Positions 1 through 11,984 of a stretch of 64,000 nt of DNA are shown piece after piece. How positions within the stretch are numbered: position 1 is the stretch's first letter; each line of letters opens with the position of its first letter. Origin of the DNA: Macrostomum lignano (lineage: Eukaryota); assembly GCA_002269645.1 (NCBI GenBank), contig NIVC01002935.1, forward strand, positions 62,001 to 126,000. The letters run 5' to 3'. The notes below the pieces were generated by a model that saw nothing but the letters and a program-made list of their open reading frames with translations, did no database searches and was not told the origin of the DNA. The translations under genes and the position numbers were made by a program.

Positions 1-198
1 GAGGCATCTATATGTATGTATTTCTCACTAAGCCAAATTTTCACTCCCCCTACGACACAACTTACAATCTCCCTAACCTAAATGAACATTCTACCCCGTA
101 AAATCATTGTACATACTCCATAATCTCACTCTCCCCCCTTGGCCAGATATGCAACTGCCGCATAATCTACGTCCTGAAGACTTCGGCCCGCTACCCAG

Positions 199-770
199 GA
201 CCCGCCGTGCAGGGTGGCTCAGCGGCCATGGAGCTGCGGGGACTTCGCGGCGGCGGCGGCGGCGGCGGCGGAGGGCGCAGCACCGCGGACAAGTCGAGAT
301 CCCGCACAGCCGCCGGCCCGCCGCCCAGCAGCCAGGCGGGCTTCAACCGGAACTTCCGCCAGGTGACGGTGACCCTGCTGTCTGTGTCGGGCCTGTTCCT
401 GACCACCGCTCTGCCCATCACGGCGTTGAAGGTGGCCACTTCGCTGGGCAATTTCGTCACGGTGGACTACACGGACCCGCTGTTCCACAGCCGCTACCTG
501 CTGGTGCAGGCGTGCACGGAGCTGCTGATGTACACCAACCACGCCTCCAACTTCTTCCTCTACTGCCTGTGCGGCAAGAAGTTCCGTCGAGAGCTGGCGG
601 CGAAGCTGGCGGCGCTGCTGACCGCCCTGGGCCGGCGGCCGAGGACCAACAACAACAACACGCTGATTGGCACGAATCACAGCGCCGCGAATTTGCAGTC
701 GACTCGCGTCAATCAGCGCTGCGCAGTCCAAGTCCAGGTGAGTCACGTGACGGAGAGGGAGATCGAGTAG
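199..770 (+). CDS. Terminal exon of a rhodopsin-family (class A) peptide GPCR, FMRFamide-receptor-like (ICL3, TM6, TM7, C-tail)
   Basis: Frame of ORF 207-770 gives FRQVTVTLLSVSGLFLTTALP (TM6) and YTNHASNFFLYCLCGKKFRREL (TM7 NxxxY variant plus helix 8), typical of invertebrate peptide GPCRs. Candidate acceptor ccag|GA at 198/199. Earlier exons are outside the window. Confidence 0.85.
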
Positions 771-1167
771 CGGTGGAACCGCATGAAAAACCGCATCTCG
801 AGTGATTCAGACTGGAGGTTGCGGGTTCAGTTATGTTGTCTTGGAGCACCGAGTTGACATTCGCTCAGCCCTGAGCCTTGTCAGCTAGTGTTTGTCAGGG
901 CAGCAAGGGGGCTCTAAGCATTGGCACTGCCGCAAATCAAGGCGCTGGCAGACCTACAACAAGGGAGAAGGCAATCAGGCCGCTGACTCCTGAGCGCCCG
1001 AACTCAAACCGGGTTTGGGTTAGGATGTCATCTAAAGGTTCATCTTGATATTGGTAAAGTATTGACTTCTAGACACCTGGGAATTTCCGCGATAGGTGTA
1101 CTATAGCATTTTGCAGCCCGTTTGGGGCTTGAAAGCATTGATTTTAATCCAAGATTCGATTGCCAAT

Positions 1168-1281
1168 GCAACGCAGCTTTTGTCTATGGTAGCAAGGCTG
1201 GCACAGCGGCATCCACGCTTGGATCGATCGCTTGCATCGACGCTGTGCCAACCTTGCTACCATAGACAAAAGCTGCGTTGC
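1168..1281. repeat. Hairpin/cruciform: 41 bp stem (1 mismatch), 32 nt loop
   Basis: GCAACGCAGCTTTTGTCTATGGTAGCAAGGCTGGCACAGCG (1168-1208) pairs with CGCTGTGCCAACCTTGCTACCATAGACAAAAGCTGCGTTGC (1241-1281). Confidence 0.95.
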
Positions 1282-1590
1282 TTAGCAATTTGACGGTCAT
1301 TATTCGCATTTTTTATGCAGAAAAATACATTACTACAAACAATGCATTGTTGTCCCATGATTTTGCGGGCCGCACGGCCCACGGAATCGTCAATGTGCGC
1401 CCGCGATTTTAGTCTATGGCATTTATTATTAAGCGTAGAAAAAGATAAACTTATCGAAGTAACAGTACATGCTAGCCAGCATAACAAAAGTACATTTATA
1501 AACAATACGTCAATAGCAGAATAGTTCATCAATGCTTCATCAAAAGCCATGCAGCTTTAAAGATAGAAGCTGAGTCTTACACCGTCTTTC

Positions 1591-1833
1591 TCAAGCACTG
1601 TTTGTCTCCTTTACAAATCGATGGATACTAGCCCGAAAGCCACGAATCGTATCCGGTGCATAGGTCTTCGTTCCAAGCGCAGGATTAGCTCGCAGACTTA
1701 CGTACCAGAGGCGCAGATAGCCGTCTAAGTAGCTTTCAATGTCATCAGGCAGGTTTTTCTCTCGAAGAAATTTCTTGAACCGATTAATTTGATTCTTAGT
1801 GGTTGCTAAGGTGGATGCCGACTTTGACGGCAA
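1591..1833 (-). pseudogene. Fragment resembling the N-terminal core-binding domain of Crypton/DUF3504-associated tyrosine recombinases (KCTD1/ZMYM/QRICH1-related)
   Basis: STLATTKNQINRFKKFLREK...DIESYLDGYLRLWYVSLR...YAPDTIRGFRASIHRFVKE follows the recalled pattern NT+K+T..A+..F..+L......LD..L..FY..+R...G..Y...SL...RA+I.R++KE. No catalytic R-H-R-Y half found downstream. Confidence 0.55.
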
Positions 1834-2351
1834 AGCTTAGCAGAGAAGCTAGCGTACACTTACAAGCTCTTTCACTTTCAAATAAACTGTTATTTGACCA
1901 CACACCGTCTCAGAGTCTATGCTCCTTAAGATTTTTAAAGCAAAAGATTGTCTATGGCAGCTGTGTATGGCAAAGCTTGGCAGAAAAGCTAGCGTACACT
2001 TCTGTGCTCAATAACTCGCCTCTGGAGCAATTTTTCGCAACCAAATGTTTGTGGGAAAAACTTACAAATGTTTACTGTGGACCTGTTAAATTACTGTGCT
2101 ATAGGCCTAACTGCTCACTCACAGTGAGCGCACAAAGTGTTACCCTTTTTTTGGGACACCCGTTATATTCTCTCTTTTCTTCAGGATTCTATCAGCTGTT
2201 GCAAAAATACAGTTTAAAAAGCCTGAGTATTACCACAGACTAAAGTGGCGGGCAGGAAAGATTTTGAACGCGGGCAGGAATGAATTCTGTGCCCGCTAGT
2301 TTCGTCTATGGTTAATGCTTAGTGGCGCCCTCGAAATGATGAGACAACACA

Positions 2352-2459
2352 GTTCTGTCTATGGATTGAGGGCAGGAACGAGCGAAATCCGAGGCTGATA
2401 CTGATCCGAAGCAGACCTCGGATTTCGCTCGTTCCTGCCCTCAAATCCATAGACAGAAC
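2352..2459. repeat. Hairpin/cruciform: ~43 bp stem (one bulged base), ~21 nt loop
   Basis: GTTCTGTCTATGGATTGAGGGCAGGAACGAGCGAAATCCGAGG (2352-2394) pairs with CCTCGGATTTCGCTCGTTCCTGCCCTCAAATCCATAGACAGAAC (2416-2459). Confidence 0.95.
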
Positions 2460-3090
2460 CATTAGTTTTTAGGACCGTCGAACAGAAAAAACAATGCAAA
2501 GAATCAGCGGTCGCAGCACGTGACAACGATTTGTGTATGGCTCGCGCCGGTATTTATCCATTGCATTGGCAATCGTATCTTGGATTTAATTCAATGCGCA
2601 TAAGCCCAAATGGGCTGCAAAAAGCTATATTACATGTAGGTGTAAATAGGGATTTCAACCATGAACTGCGCATGTCAGCCAGTGACAATACACCATTGCA
2701 TAAATTCTGAATTGCATGTGTCAACAAATGTTATATTTAAGCAATCATAAATAGGAATTATTGCCTCCAAAAATATTATTTTTGTCCTGGCTCCGCTGCG
2801 AATCTGTCACAGTCGAAAAAACATAAAAATTCAACCATTTGATCAATAACTATACGAGCCAATGAGCGATTTTTGCGACGTAAATTGTTGTAACTGTTAT
2901 GTCTGAACTGTCAAACCTGCCATATAGCTCTCAAAAATTGTTTTAACAAAATTAATTACCATATTGTTGCTGCTCCTACCGCGTAAAAGTTTTTGTGAGT
3001 GCAAAAATATATTGTGATTTTAATTGACGTAATTGACGTCAGTTGTCTCTTATCGCTTGACTTAAACTAAAATTTGTCACTGTTGCCTTG

Positions 3091-4035
3091 AGACAGAGTG
3101 ACAGAGATCGATACAGAGTGAGAGACTGATTTAGAGTGACAGAGATCGATACAGAGTGAGAGACTGATTTAGAGTGACAGAGATCGATACAGAGTGAGAG
3201 ACTGATTTAGAGTGACAGAGATCGATACAGAGTGACAGAGATCGATACAGAGTGAGAGACTGATTTAGAGTGACAGAGATCGATACAGAGTGACAGAGAT
3301 TGATACAGAGTGACAGAGATTGATACAGAGTGACAGAGATCGATACAGAGTGAGAGACTGATTTAGAGTGACAGAGATCGATACAGAGTGAGAGACTGAT
3401 TTAGAGTGACAGAGATCGATACAGAGTGAGAGACTGATTTAGAGTGACAGAGATCGATACAGAGTGACAGAGATTGATACAGAGTGACAGAGATTGATAC
3501 AGAGTGACAGAGATCGATACAGAGTGAGAGACTGATTTAGAGTGACAGAGATCGATACAGAGTGAGAGACTGATTTAGAGTGACAGAGATCGATACAGAG
3601 TGAGAGACTGATTTAGAGTGACAGAGATCGATACAGAGTGACAGAGATCGATACAGAGTGAGAGACTGATTTAGAGTGACAGAGATCGATACAGAGTGAG
3701 AGACTGATTTAGAGTGACAGAGATCGATACAGAGTGACAGAGATTGATACAGAGTGACAGAGATTGATACAGAGTGACAGAGATTGATACAGAGTGACAG
3801 AGATTGATACAGAGTGACAGAGACTGATACAGAGTGACAGAGACTGATACAGAGTGACAGAGACTGATACAGAGTGACAGAGACTGATACAGAGTGCCAG
3901 AAACTGATACAGAGTGACAGAGACTGATACAGAGTGACAGAGACTGATACAGAGTGACAGAGACTGATACAGAGTGACAGAGATCGATACAGAGTGAGAC
4001 TGATTTAGAGTGACAGAAACTGATACAGAGTGAGA
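3091..4035. repeat. Minisatellite, 20 bp unit (GATACAGAGTGACAGAGAYY) with an 18+20 bp higher-order variant
   Basis: Tandem units read directly from the sequence. Confidence 0.95.
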
Positions 4036-4440
4036 GTTACGGAGGCCTTACGAGTCAGATAAAAAATACTAGCAAAGAAGAACTTCTTGTCTCGATGGGA
4101 TATAAAAAATTAATTTACTGCCTGGCAGCCAGAAGAGCATGATGCATGGCATGGAGAGCGCAATCCCTCACGTCCGAGTCTTCTCAACTGCTACTTGAAC
4201 GGTCACGGAGAGTCTTGAGAAGCGGGTGCAGATCTCCGATCAAGACAGAAAACCTGAGTAGAGTCCGTTTCCTGATTTTCATAGCACTGGGGGCAGTGAT
4301 TATCTCCAGTCTCCTGTCTTTCGTCTTGTCAGTGCTGTCATTTCAATTTTGTTTTAAGCCAACTATTGAAGTTGGCCAGGCTATTTGGTTTTGTCTTTTC
4401 TTGTATCTTTAACCCAGTTTTACTGTCCGTCACCTGCCTT

Positions 4441-4680
4441 CAGTTTCTCCATGCTTTCACCTGTCTTTTCCCATGCCTTTTACCTGTCACTTTGATGCCT
4501 TTCACCTGTCACTTTGATGCCTTTCACCTGTCCCTTTGATGTCTTTCACCTGTCACTTTGATGCCTTTCACCTGTCACTTTGATGCCTTTCACCTGTCCT
4601 TCGATGTCTTTCACCTGTCCTTCGATGTCTTTCACCTGTCCTTCGATGTCTTTCACCTGTCCTTCGATGTCTTTCACTAG
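4441..4680. repeat. Minisatellite, 21-22 bp unit TTTCACCTGTCACTTTGATGCC
   Basis: About 10 tandem units. Confidence 0.9.
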
Positions 4681-5899
4681 TTTTTCCGATGTCTTTTAGC
4701 TGTCTGTTTCAAGGCCTTTCCTATATGCCATTCACCTGCATATCCTGAGCTTCATTCACTCAACCTCTCAATTCGAGACCGTCACGTGACAATTCTGCTA
4801 AGAAATTAATTTTACTCCCCATTGCCCATCCTCTCGTCTCTGTTCGGAAATATTCATTTTTTATCTAAAATCTCAGCAGGGGGTAGCTCAACCCCCTTCA
4901 TCGGTCCGATCCGCTCCACCGCTGAAAGTTTGGAGAATTTTTTCGATTTCCCGAGCAAATCTGATGATGCTGAGTCTGCGACTCACGGGAATTGGGGGGC
5001 TCAGCTGCTTATACTTTCAGATGCCCAAAGACCGCTGCAAGAACGCCAGCTTCAATCGGATGCATAATTAAATGCCGAGAAAGTAGAATGCACGAGGGGG
5101 CTTTTGGGACAATTTTTTAGCGTCCTCCATAATCCCATTAAATCCATCCATATTATCCCCGACACTTGCAGCAGAGTGAACTGCAGCTCAGCTGCAACAG
5201 TGCTGAGACTGTGCTGGCAGCAGAGTGAACTGCAGTGCCTTTCAGTGCCTACATACTGTCTGACCTTCGCAATGTGTGCAGATTATGCGAGCAGCCGAGT
5301 AACTTCAACTTCTCGATTTCGACAACCTTCAAGTTCGAGCTTGCGAGCTACAATACAGGAGCGACAGACTCGCGAGTTTGTGAGGCTTTAAAGAGAGAGT
5401 TTGCGCTCCAGTTTCCTGCTCAAGGTCTCATATAGCAGCAGCAGCAGCAGCCTCTTATAATGCAGACCTTCGGCCGCCCCAATTATAGGCCGGCATGAAA
5501 TACCCCAGCGGCCAGGAAAGCCGCTCCTTCCCTCATCCATCTTATCTTCCGCCTTTATCCGCTGCATCAAGAGACAGCTAGCGGGGAGGAACTTGAAAAT
5601 AAAGCTGATTAACTGCGCAAGTGTAGTGCTAATGCGAGCCAGAGTAAGCCGGTATGTCAGGTAGGAAGGAGCTGATTAAACAGCACACACTGCAGACCCG
5701 AAATTAGCTGGAATAAATTATACAGCAGAGACCCAGCTACTCAAGAGCCCAAGCTGCTCAGTTTCCGCCCAAGTCTCAAGCCTGTGCAATCCAATTTTAA
5801 ATTGAAAGCACATAGCGCGCAGTTTGATTAAACAGCCAGAACTCGGAATCAGGAAAGTTGGGGAAAGTTGCCAGTTAATTTGGATCGCTCTAAGGGTGG

Positions 5900-6140
5900 G
5901 CTGAGGGATGTGACAAGTAGGCTGAGAGATGTGACAAGTAGGCTGTGGGATGCGACAAGTAGGCTGTGGGATGTGACAAGTAGGCTGTGGGATGTGACAA
6001 GTAGGCTGTGGGATGTGACAAGTGGGCTGAGGGATGTGACAAGTAGGCTGTGGGATGTGACAAGTAGGCTGTGGGATGTGTCCAAGAGTGGGTTGAGACA
6101 TGTGTCACGAGTGGGCTGAGGGATGTGATAAGAGTGGGCT
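5900..6140. repeat. Minisatellite, 21 bp unit GGGATGTGACAAGTAGGCTGT
   Basis: Tandem units that grade into the adjacent 33-mer array. Confidence 0.9.
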
Positions 6141-7262
6141 AAGGGATGTGTACAAGGGTTGGCTGTGGGCAGAGTGGGTGTGTACAAGGGTGGGCTGTGG
6201 GATAGAGTGGGTGTGTACAAGGGTGGGCTGTGGGATAGAGTGGGTGTGTACAAGGGTTGTCTGTGGGCAGAGTGGGTGTGTACAAGGGTTGGCTGTGGGA
6301 CAGAGTGGGTGTGTACAAGGGTGGGCTGTGGGCAGAGTGGGTGTGTACAAGGGTGGGCTGTGGGATAGAGTGGGTGTGTACAAGGGTGGGCTGTGGGACA
6401 GAGTGGGTGTGTACAAGGGTGGGCTGTGGGATAGAGTGGGTGTGTACAAGGGTGGGCTGTGGGATAGAGTGGGTGTGTACAAGGGTTGTCTGTGGGCAGA
6501 GTGGGTGTGTACAAGGGTTGGCTGTGGGACAGAGTGGGTGTGTACAAGGGTGGGCTGTGGGCAGAGTGGGTGTGTACAAGGGTGGGCTGTGGGATAGAGT
6601 GGGTGTGTACAAGGGTGGGCTGTGGGATAGAGTGGGTGTGTACAAGGGTTGTCTGTGGGCAGAGTGGGTGTGTACAAGGGTTGGCTGTGGGACAGAGTGG
6701 GTGTGTACAAGGGTGGGCTGTGGGCAGAGTGGGTGTGTACAAGGGTGGGCTGTGGGATAGAGTGGGTGTGTACAAGGGTGGGCTGTGGGACAGAGTGGGT
6801 GTGTACAAGGGTGGGCTGTGGGATAGAGTGGGTGTGTACAAGGGTGGGCTGTGGGATAGAGTGGGTGTGTACAAGGGTTGTCTGTGGGCAGAGTGGGTGT
6901 GTACAAGGGTTGGCTGTGGGACAGAGTGGGTGTGTACAAGGGTGGGCTGTGGGCAGTGGGTGTGTACAAGGGTGGGCTGTGGGCAGAGTGGGTGTGTACA
7001 AGGGTGGGCTGTGGGATAGAGTGGGTGTGTACAAGGGTGGGCTGTGGGCAGAGTGGGTGTGTACAAGGGTGGGCTGTGGGATAGAGTGGGTGTGTACAAG
7101 GGTGGGCTGTGGGACAGAGTGGGTGTGTACAAGGGTGGGCTGTGGGCAGAGTGGGTGTGTACAATGGAGGGCTGTGGACAGAGTGGGTGTGTACAATGGA
7201 GGGCTGTGGACAGAGTGGGTGTGTACAATGGAGGGCTGTGGGCAGAGTGTGTGTGTACAATG
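6141..7262. repeat. G-rich minisatellite, 33 bp unit GTGTACAAGGGTGGGCTGTGGGATAGAGTGGGT
   Basis: About 33 tandem units. The long ORFs reported here are artefacts of a stop-free unit. Confidence 0.95.
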
Positions 7263-7824
7263 GTGGGCCCCGTGACCAATAGTTATCATGTGAACATAAA
7301 AAACTCACTAAACAGCTGTGAGCACACCGAGTTGCACTGTGTGAAAGCTAAATTATTGCATAAACAAATATGATGGCTTTGAACACTAAGAAAACCATTC
7401 AGTTTGCAAAAGCAATTCATATTTATTTAGCGGCGGATTGTACATATAATAATAACATGCATCATATTATAATCGAAGCGGTTGAATCTAAAAGTCTACC
7501 AGAATTTACATACAAGTGTCAATCAATCAATCAGTTCTCGGTGTATCAATTTTGAACATTTTTAACAACTTTAATTTACGACAAAGAGGATCCGTGACTT
7601 CATGAAGGGAAAAGTAGGCAATTAGAGCTCATCAGGTCATGTTGTTAATAAAAGCAAATCAGAGGCCAGGCTCAAGCTTTATGAACATGAGAGCAGGTCG
7701 CTGCCAGCATCAGCGACGGTGTCGGAGGCAGATTAAACAAAAAATCCAAGTCAAAGAGGCCAAAAACTCCGTTAGTCTGTCTGCTTAGAGGTGAGGCCCG
7801 TTTAAATTTTGCAGGGAAAAAGTA

Positions 7825-8105
7825 GGGGAGAGGAGGAGAGGGGAGAGAGGAGACGGGAGAGGAGAGGGGAGAGAAGAGAGAGGGGAGAGAGGAGAGGGGA
7901 GAGAGGAGAGGGGAGAGAGGAGAGGGGAGATGGGAGAGGGGAGATGGGAGAGAAGAGAGAGGAGAGGAGAGGGGGAGAGTAGAGGGGAGAGAGAAGAGAG
8001 GGGAGAGGGAGAGAGGGAGAGAGAGAGAGAGAGAGAGGAGAGGGGAGAGGGGAGAGAGGAGAGAAGAGAGGGGAGAGAGGGAGAGAGGGAGACGAGGGGG
8101 AGAGG
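7825..8105. repeat. Polypurine (GA-rich) low-complexity tract
   Basis: Almost only G and A. Confidence 0.9.
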
Positions 8106-8885
8106 GGGCGCAGCAGAGATAGGAGGGCATCCAGCTTGACATTCAACAGCAGGCCGCACCCCATAGCAGTCGTCAAGCAGCAGTTCGCCGCAGCAGCAGC
8201 AAAAGCAGAAGAGAGTTCCGAGACGCAGAGCCGAGCACAGAGAGACTCAAGCCCGAACCAAACTGAACTAAAAGCAGAGAAGACACTGTAAGCACACCAA
8301 CAAAAGTGGAAACAGACTGAAGCGAAACAAAGCAAAACAAAGCTACATGCAGCAGCAGCGGGAGGACAAGCAATGGGACGGGCAGAGACTGCATAGCAAC
8401 CGGCCTGACCAGGTGCGAAGCAGAAAAAGCAGCAATAAAAAAAGCAGCGCCAAGAGTTGCTGAGGGACAGAGGGGGGACGGAGGTGAAGATAACAGCAAG
8501 ACAGCTTATTCTCCCACTTTGTACCTGCTGTATGGCTGTTCAGTCGAACCGAAACTATTTTTTACCTGGAAGCGAACTGCATTCAGGCGGGTGCGGGCAG
8601 CAATACTGAAAGACGGCAGGTTAATTTAGTGATTCGAAAGAAGAAGAAAACCGAAACAGAAATACAAATAAAAATTCCACGCTTACTTTACTCTACTGTG
8701 CTTCGTACTCGTATAAAAAGCGGGAGTTGATACTACTGCAAGTAGCTGATCGGTGCTGGAAGGGTGAATTATAACTGATTGCCATTTTTTTACAGTAGAA
8801 TAAAAATATTAAATACATTTACGAGGCGATTAACTAAATTAGTAGTCAAAAAGTAGTATATGACGGGAGAACTACGATTTATATA

Positions 8886-8891
8886 TTTATT
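8886..8891 (-). promoter_or_regulatory. Candidate polyadenylation signal (AATAAA) of the FAM13-like gene
   Basis: TTTATT on + strand, ~150 nt downstream of the stop at 9041. Position only; no transcript support. Confidence 0.3.
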
Positions 8892-9040
8892 CTATATATA
8901 AATTCAGATTGCGATTTATAAAAAAACGTGGGGGATGAAATTTGAGTCCGATAGTACTAGGTAAAAAATTAATACTTTAAGAAAGTCAATGATGCAGAGA
9001 AACAAGGGGTCACAGGCTCTCAGGGGAGGGAGGGGTTAAT

Positions 9041-9156
9041 CTACAGAGTGGCCTGGCTCAGCTGCTGCTCGAGGCGTTTCAATTTGGACTTCAGATTTTT
9101 GTATCGATTGTACTCGGCTTGCATTGGCAGGCGGTCCACTTTGGCCATCTTGTGAC
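9041..9156 (-). CDS. FAM13: FAM13-like RhoGAP gene, last coding exon (missed by the ORF track)
   Basis: cag|GT CAC AAG... translates (G)HKMAKVDRLPMQAEYNRYKNLKSKLKRLEQQLSQATL*, matching the FAM13 C-terminal pattern DR.PM..EY..YK..K.KL+.LE. Phase 1 fits the donor at 11669. Confidence 0.88.
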
Positions 9157-9199
9157 CTGCGGAGTAGAGAGACATGTGTCATTTCAGTGGTTTCACGAG

Positions 9200-9500
9200 C
9201 TAAAAGCCGATATGTATCGAAAAATACAAAACTAGAGAAAAAAGCCGATATGTATCGAAAAATATAAAACTAGAGAAATTAAGCCGATATGTATCGAAAA
9301 ACACAAAACTAGAGAAATAAAGCCGATATGTATAGAAGAATATAAAACTAGAGAAATTAAGCCGATATGTATCGAAAAACACAAAAGAGAAATAAAGCCG
9401 ATATGTATCGAAAAACACAAAACTAGAGAAATAAAGCAGCCGATCCGATATGTATCGAAAACATAAAAAAACTTGAGAAATAAAGCCGATATGTATAGAA
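9200..9500. repeat. Minisatellite, ~39 bp unit AAAGCCGATATGTATCGAAAAACACAAAACTAGAGAAAT
   Basis: About 8 degenerate units in the last FAM13 intron. Confidence 0.9.
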
Positions 9501-10119
9501 AGAATACAGAAAACCCTGCGCTAGTTTCTAAATAGACCAGTGGATTTTTTAGCATGAAATCGCTCACTTAATGAAGCCCTCTAATATTTGAATAACAAAA
9601 AATGTCACTTAAGCAACGAATTAACTTCAATGGGAACAAAAGCTAAGCTTGTCAGAACCTGACTGACCCCCTAGTGCCTCAGCAGAGCGATTTCCACCTG
9701 AGCTTAGAGCTTTATTAATTAGCCACAACATGAAAGTTTGCAGAACGGACAGGTAAGATTACTCGCAAGAACTGCATTAGGGGGGGGCTTGAATTCCTGC
9801 ATCCATTTAATCCAGTTCCGCCCACGGAATCCTCCCATGCCCAGAAATCCCCATGGGAATGTCCCTGCAGTCATTATCAAAGCACTAATGGACTGCGGAT
9901 TTAGCAGGGAAAATATAAAATCCGAATATTACCGGGGAAGACCGGGCGTCAAAAAAAGCACTGCTTTGGCCCAACTTTTCCTGCCAGCTCTATTACTGTC
10001 AGGCCATAAATCATAAGGGTCTCTGGCTTACTTTTGCTTTAGTTACTACAATGTCCAGGCAGCAGGCGCGGACAGCAGCAGCACATTCGAAACGATAGCA
10101 TTAGCATCAGCACCAAAAA

Positions 10120-10830
10120 TGGCAATTAGAAATCCCACACTAAAAAATGGCACACCATAAATCCCACACTCAAAAATGGCACATCATAAATCCCACACTC
10201 AAAACTGGCACATCAGAAATCCCACACTCAAAACTGGCACATCAGAAATCCCACACTCAAAAGTGGCACATCAGAAATCCCACACTCAAAAATGGCACAT
10301 CAGAAATCCCACACTCAAAAGTGGCACATCAGAAATCCCACACTCAAAACTGGCACATCAGAAATCCCACACTCAAAACTGGCACATCATAAATCCCACA
10401 CTCAAAAATGGCACATCAGAAATCCCACACTCAAAAGTGGCACATCAGAAATCCCACACTCAAAACTGGCACATCAGAAATCCCACACTCAAAACTGGCA
10501 CATCAGAAATCCCACACTCAAAACTGGCACATCATAAATCCCACACTCAAAAATGGCACATCATAAATCCCACACTCAAAAATGGCACATCAGAAATCCC
10601 ACACTCAAAATTGGCACATCAGAAATCCCACACTCAAAACTGGCACATCAGAAATCCCACACTCAAAAATGGCACATCATAAATCCCACACTCAAAAATG
10701 GCACATCAGAAATCCCACACTCAAAATTGGCACATCAGAAATCCCACACTCAAAACTGGCACATCAGAAATCCCACACTCAAAAGTGGCACATCAGAAAT
10801 CCCACACCCAAAACTGGCACATCAGAAATC
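10120..10830. repeat. Minisatellite, 29 bp unit TGGCACATCAGAAATCCCACACTCAAAAN
   Basis: About 24 units. Confidence 0.95.
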
Positions 10831-11229
10831 CTATCAGCAAGACCTTGAAATCCCACATTACAAATCCCATGCCAGCTAAAAACTGCATTCGAATTCCGAC
10901 ATACGGAATGACCCAGACAAGAGTGCCGAAGCATAAGTGCAAATAAGGTGACAAATTGCAGCAAGGCGCCCGCAGCTGGTAAATAGCAAACAATTTTTAC
11001 AATTCGAAAGCCGGAGCTAAAGCTCTTAAACTACATGGGGCACTTTGGTGGGCCTCGATGCTGACATTGAAACGCTTTTAAGTCTGATGGCTATATGATT
11101 CAGAGACTTATAACTGCTAATTTAAGCCTGCATCTGAATCTTGAGGCTATGGAAATGGGGTTCAAAATACTGGCAGAGTGAGCAGCTGCCTGAGTGCCAG
11201 ATTCCTTTCTGCCACTACGCCGTAGTTTC

Positions 11230-11393
11230 TGCCTGCCTGTCTGTCTGCCTGCCTGCCTGTCTGCCTGCCCGCCTGTCTGTCTGTCTGTCTGTCTGTCTGT
11301 CTGCCTGTCTGTCTGTCTGTCTGTCTGCCTGTCTGCCTGTCTGTCTGCCTGTCTGTCTGTCCGTCTGCCTGTCTGTCTGTCTTCGTGTCTGCC

Positions 11394-11448
<55 letters not shown>

Positions 11449-11477
11449 CTGTCTGTCTGTCTTCGTGTCTGCCTGCC

Positions 11478-11561
<84 letters not shown>

Positions 11562-11563
11562 GC

Positions 11564-11599
<36 letters not shown>

Positions 11600-11625
11600 A
11601 TGTATGTCTGACTGTCGGTCTGTCT
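11230..11625. repeat. (CTGT)n microsatellite
   Basis: Read directly from the sequence. Confidence 0.95.
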
Positions 11626-11668
11626 GTCTTTCAGTGTCATTCTCACCCAAAAGCAGGCGCACACTCAC

Positions 11669-11952
11669 CAGTCTGGCTCTCAAAGTCGTGCTCAAACGTC
11701 TTGAGCAGTTTCTGCAGTTTGTACTTCTCCTCCTTGGTCAGGCGGATCTCCTCAGTTAGCAGCGCCAGGTTGTTGGTGGCGGCAGCGGAGGCCGCTGAAG
11801 CGCCAGAGGAAGGAGTCTGTCTTGAGGCTGCCGGCGCTAACGGAGGCCCGGCAGCGGGCGCAGCGGCGGTCTGGCGCAGCAGGCTGAAGTCCTGCGTCAC
11901 CAGGAAGTCGCTGCTGCCGGCCCGGCTGGGTCTGGCGGCGCCGCCAGCGGCT
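11669..11952 (-). CDS. FAM13: FAM13-like gene, coding exon 5
   Basis: LTEEIRLTKEEKYKLQKLLKTFEHDFESQTG resembles the FAM13 EKK.+RK.L+.FE..F....G repeat. Acceptor ttccag|AG; donor CTG|gtgagt. 284 nt, phases 2 and 1. Confidence 0.85.
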
Positions 11953-11984
11953 CTGGAATTTTTAGAAAATTGTGCTTGAGAGAG

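Larger units (their letters stand above)
1093..2644 (-). mobile_element. Non-autonomous Crypton-like (tyrosine recombinase) element with terminal inverted repeats and internal hairpins
   Basis: 1097-1171 is an imperfect reverse complement of 2560-2634 (TGTACTATAGCATTTTGCAGCCC...GATTGCCAATGCAA). An 8 bp direct repeat TAGGTGTA occurs at 1093-1100 and 2637-2644. Contains a YR-like ORF fragment. Confidence 0.55.

Noticed and set aside
4146-5570. Short ORFs as exons of a HEAT/ARM-like gene
   Set aside because: Only a weak EDSDVRDCAL resemblance next to an in-frame stop; no consistent exon chain.
5849-7308. ORFs of 389-476 aa on both strands
   Set aside because: Translations of the stop-free 33 bp and 21 bp tandem units; no unique coding sequence.
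11141-11979. SVCL/TDRQ-repeat ORFs (also at 18.2-18.9, 19.7-20.1 and 26.3-28.4 kb)
   Set aside because: Translations of (CTGT)n and (CTAT)n microsatellites.
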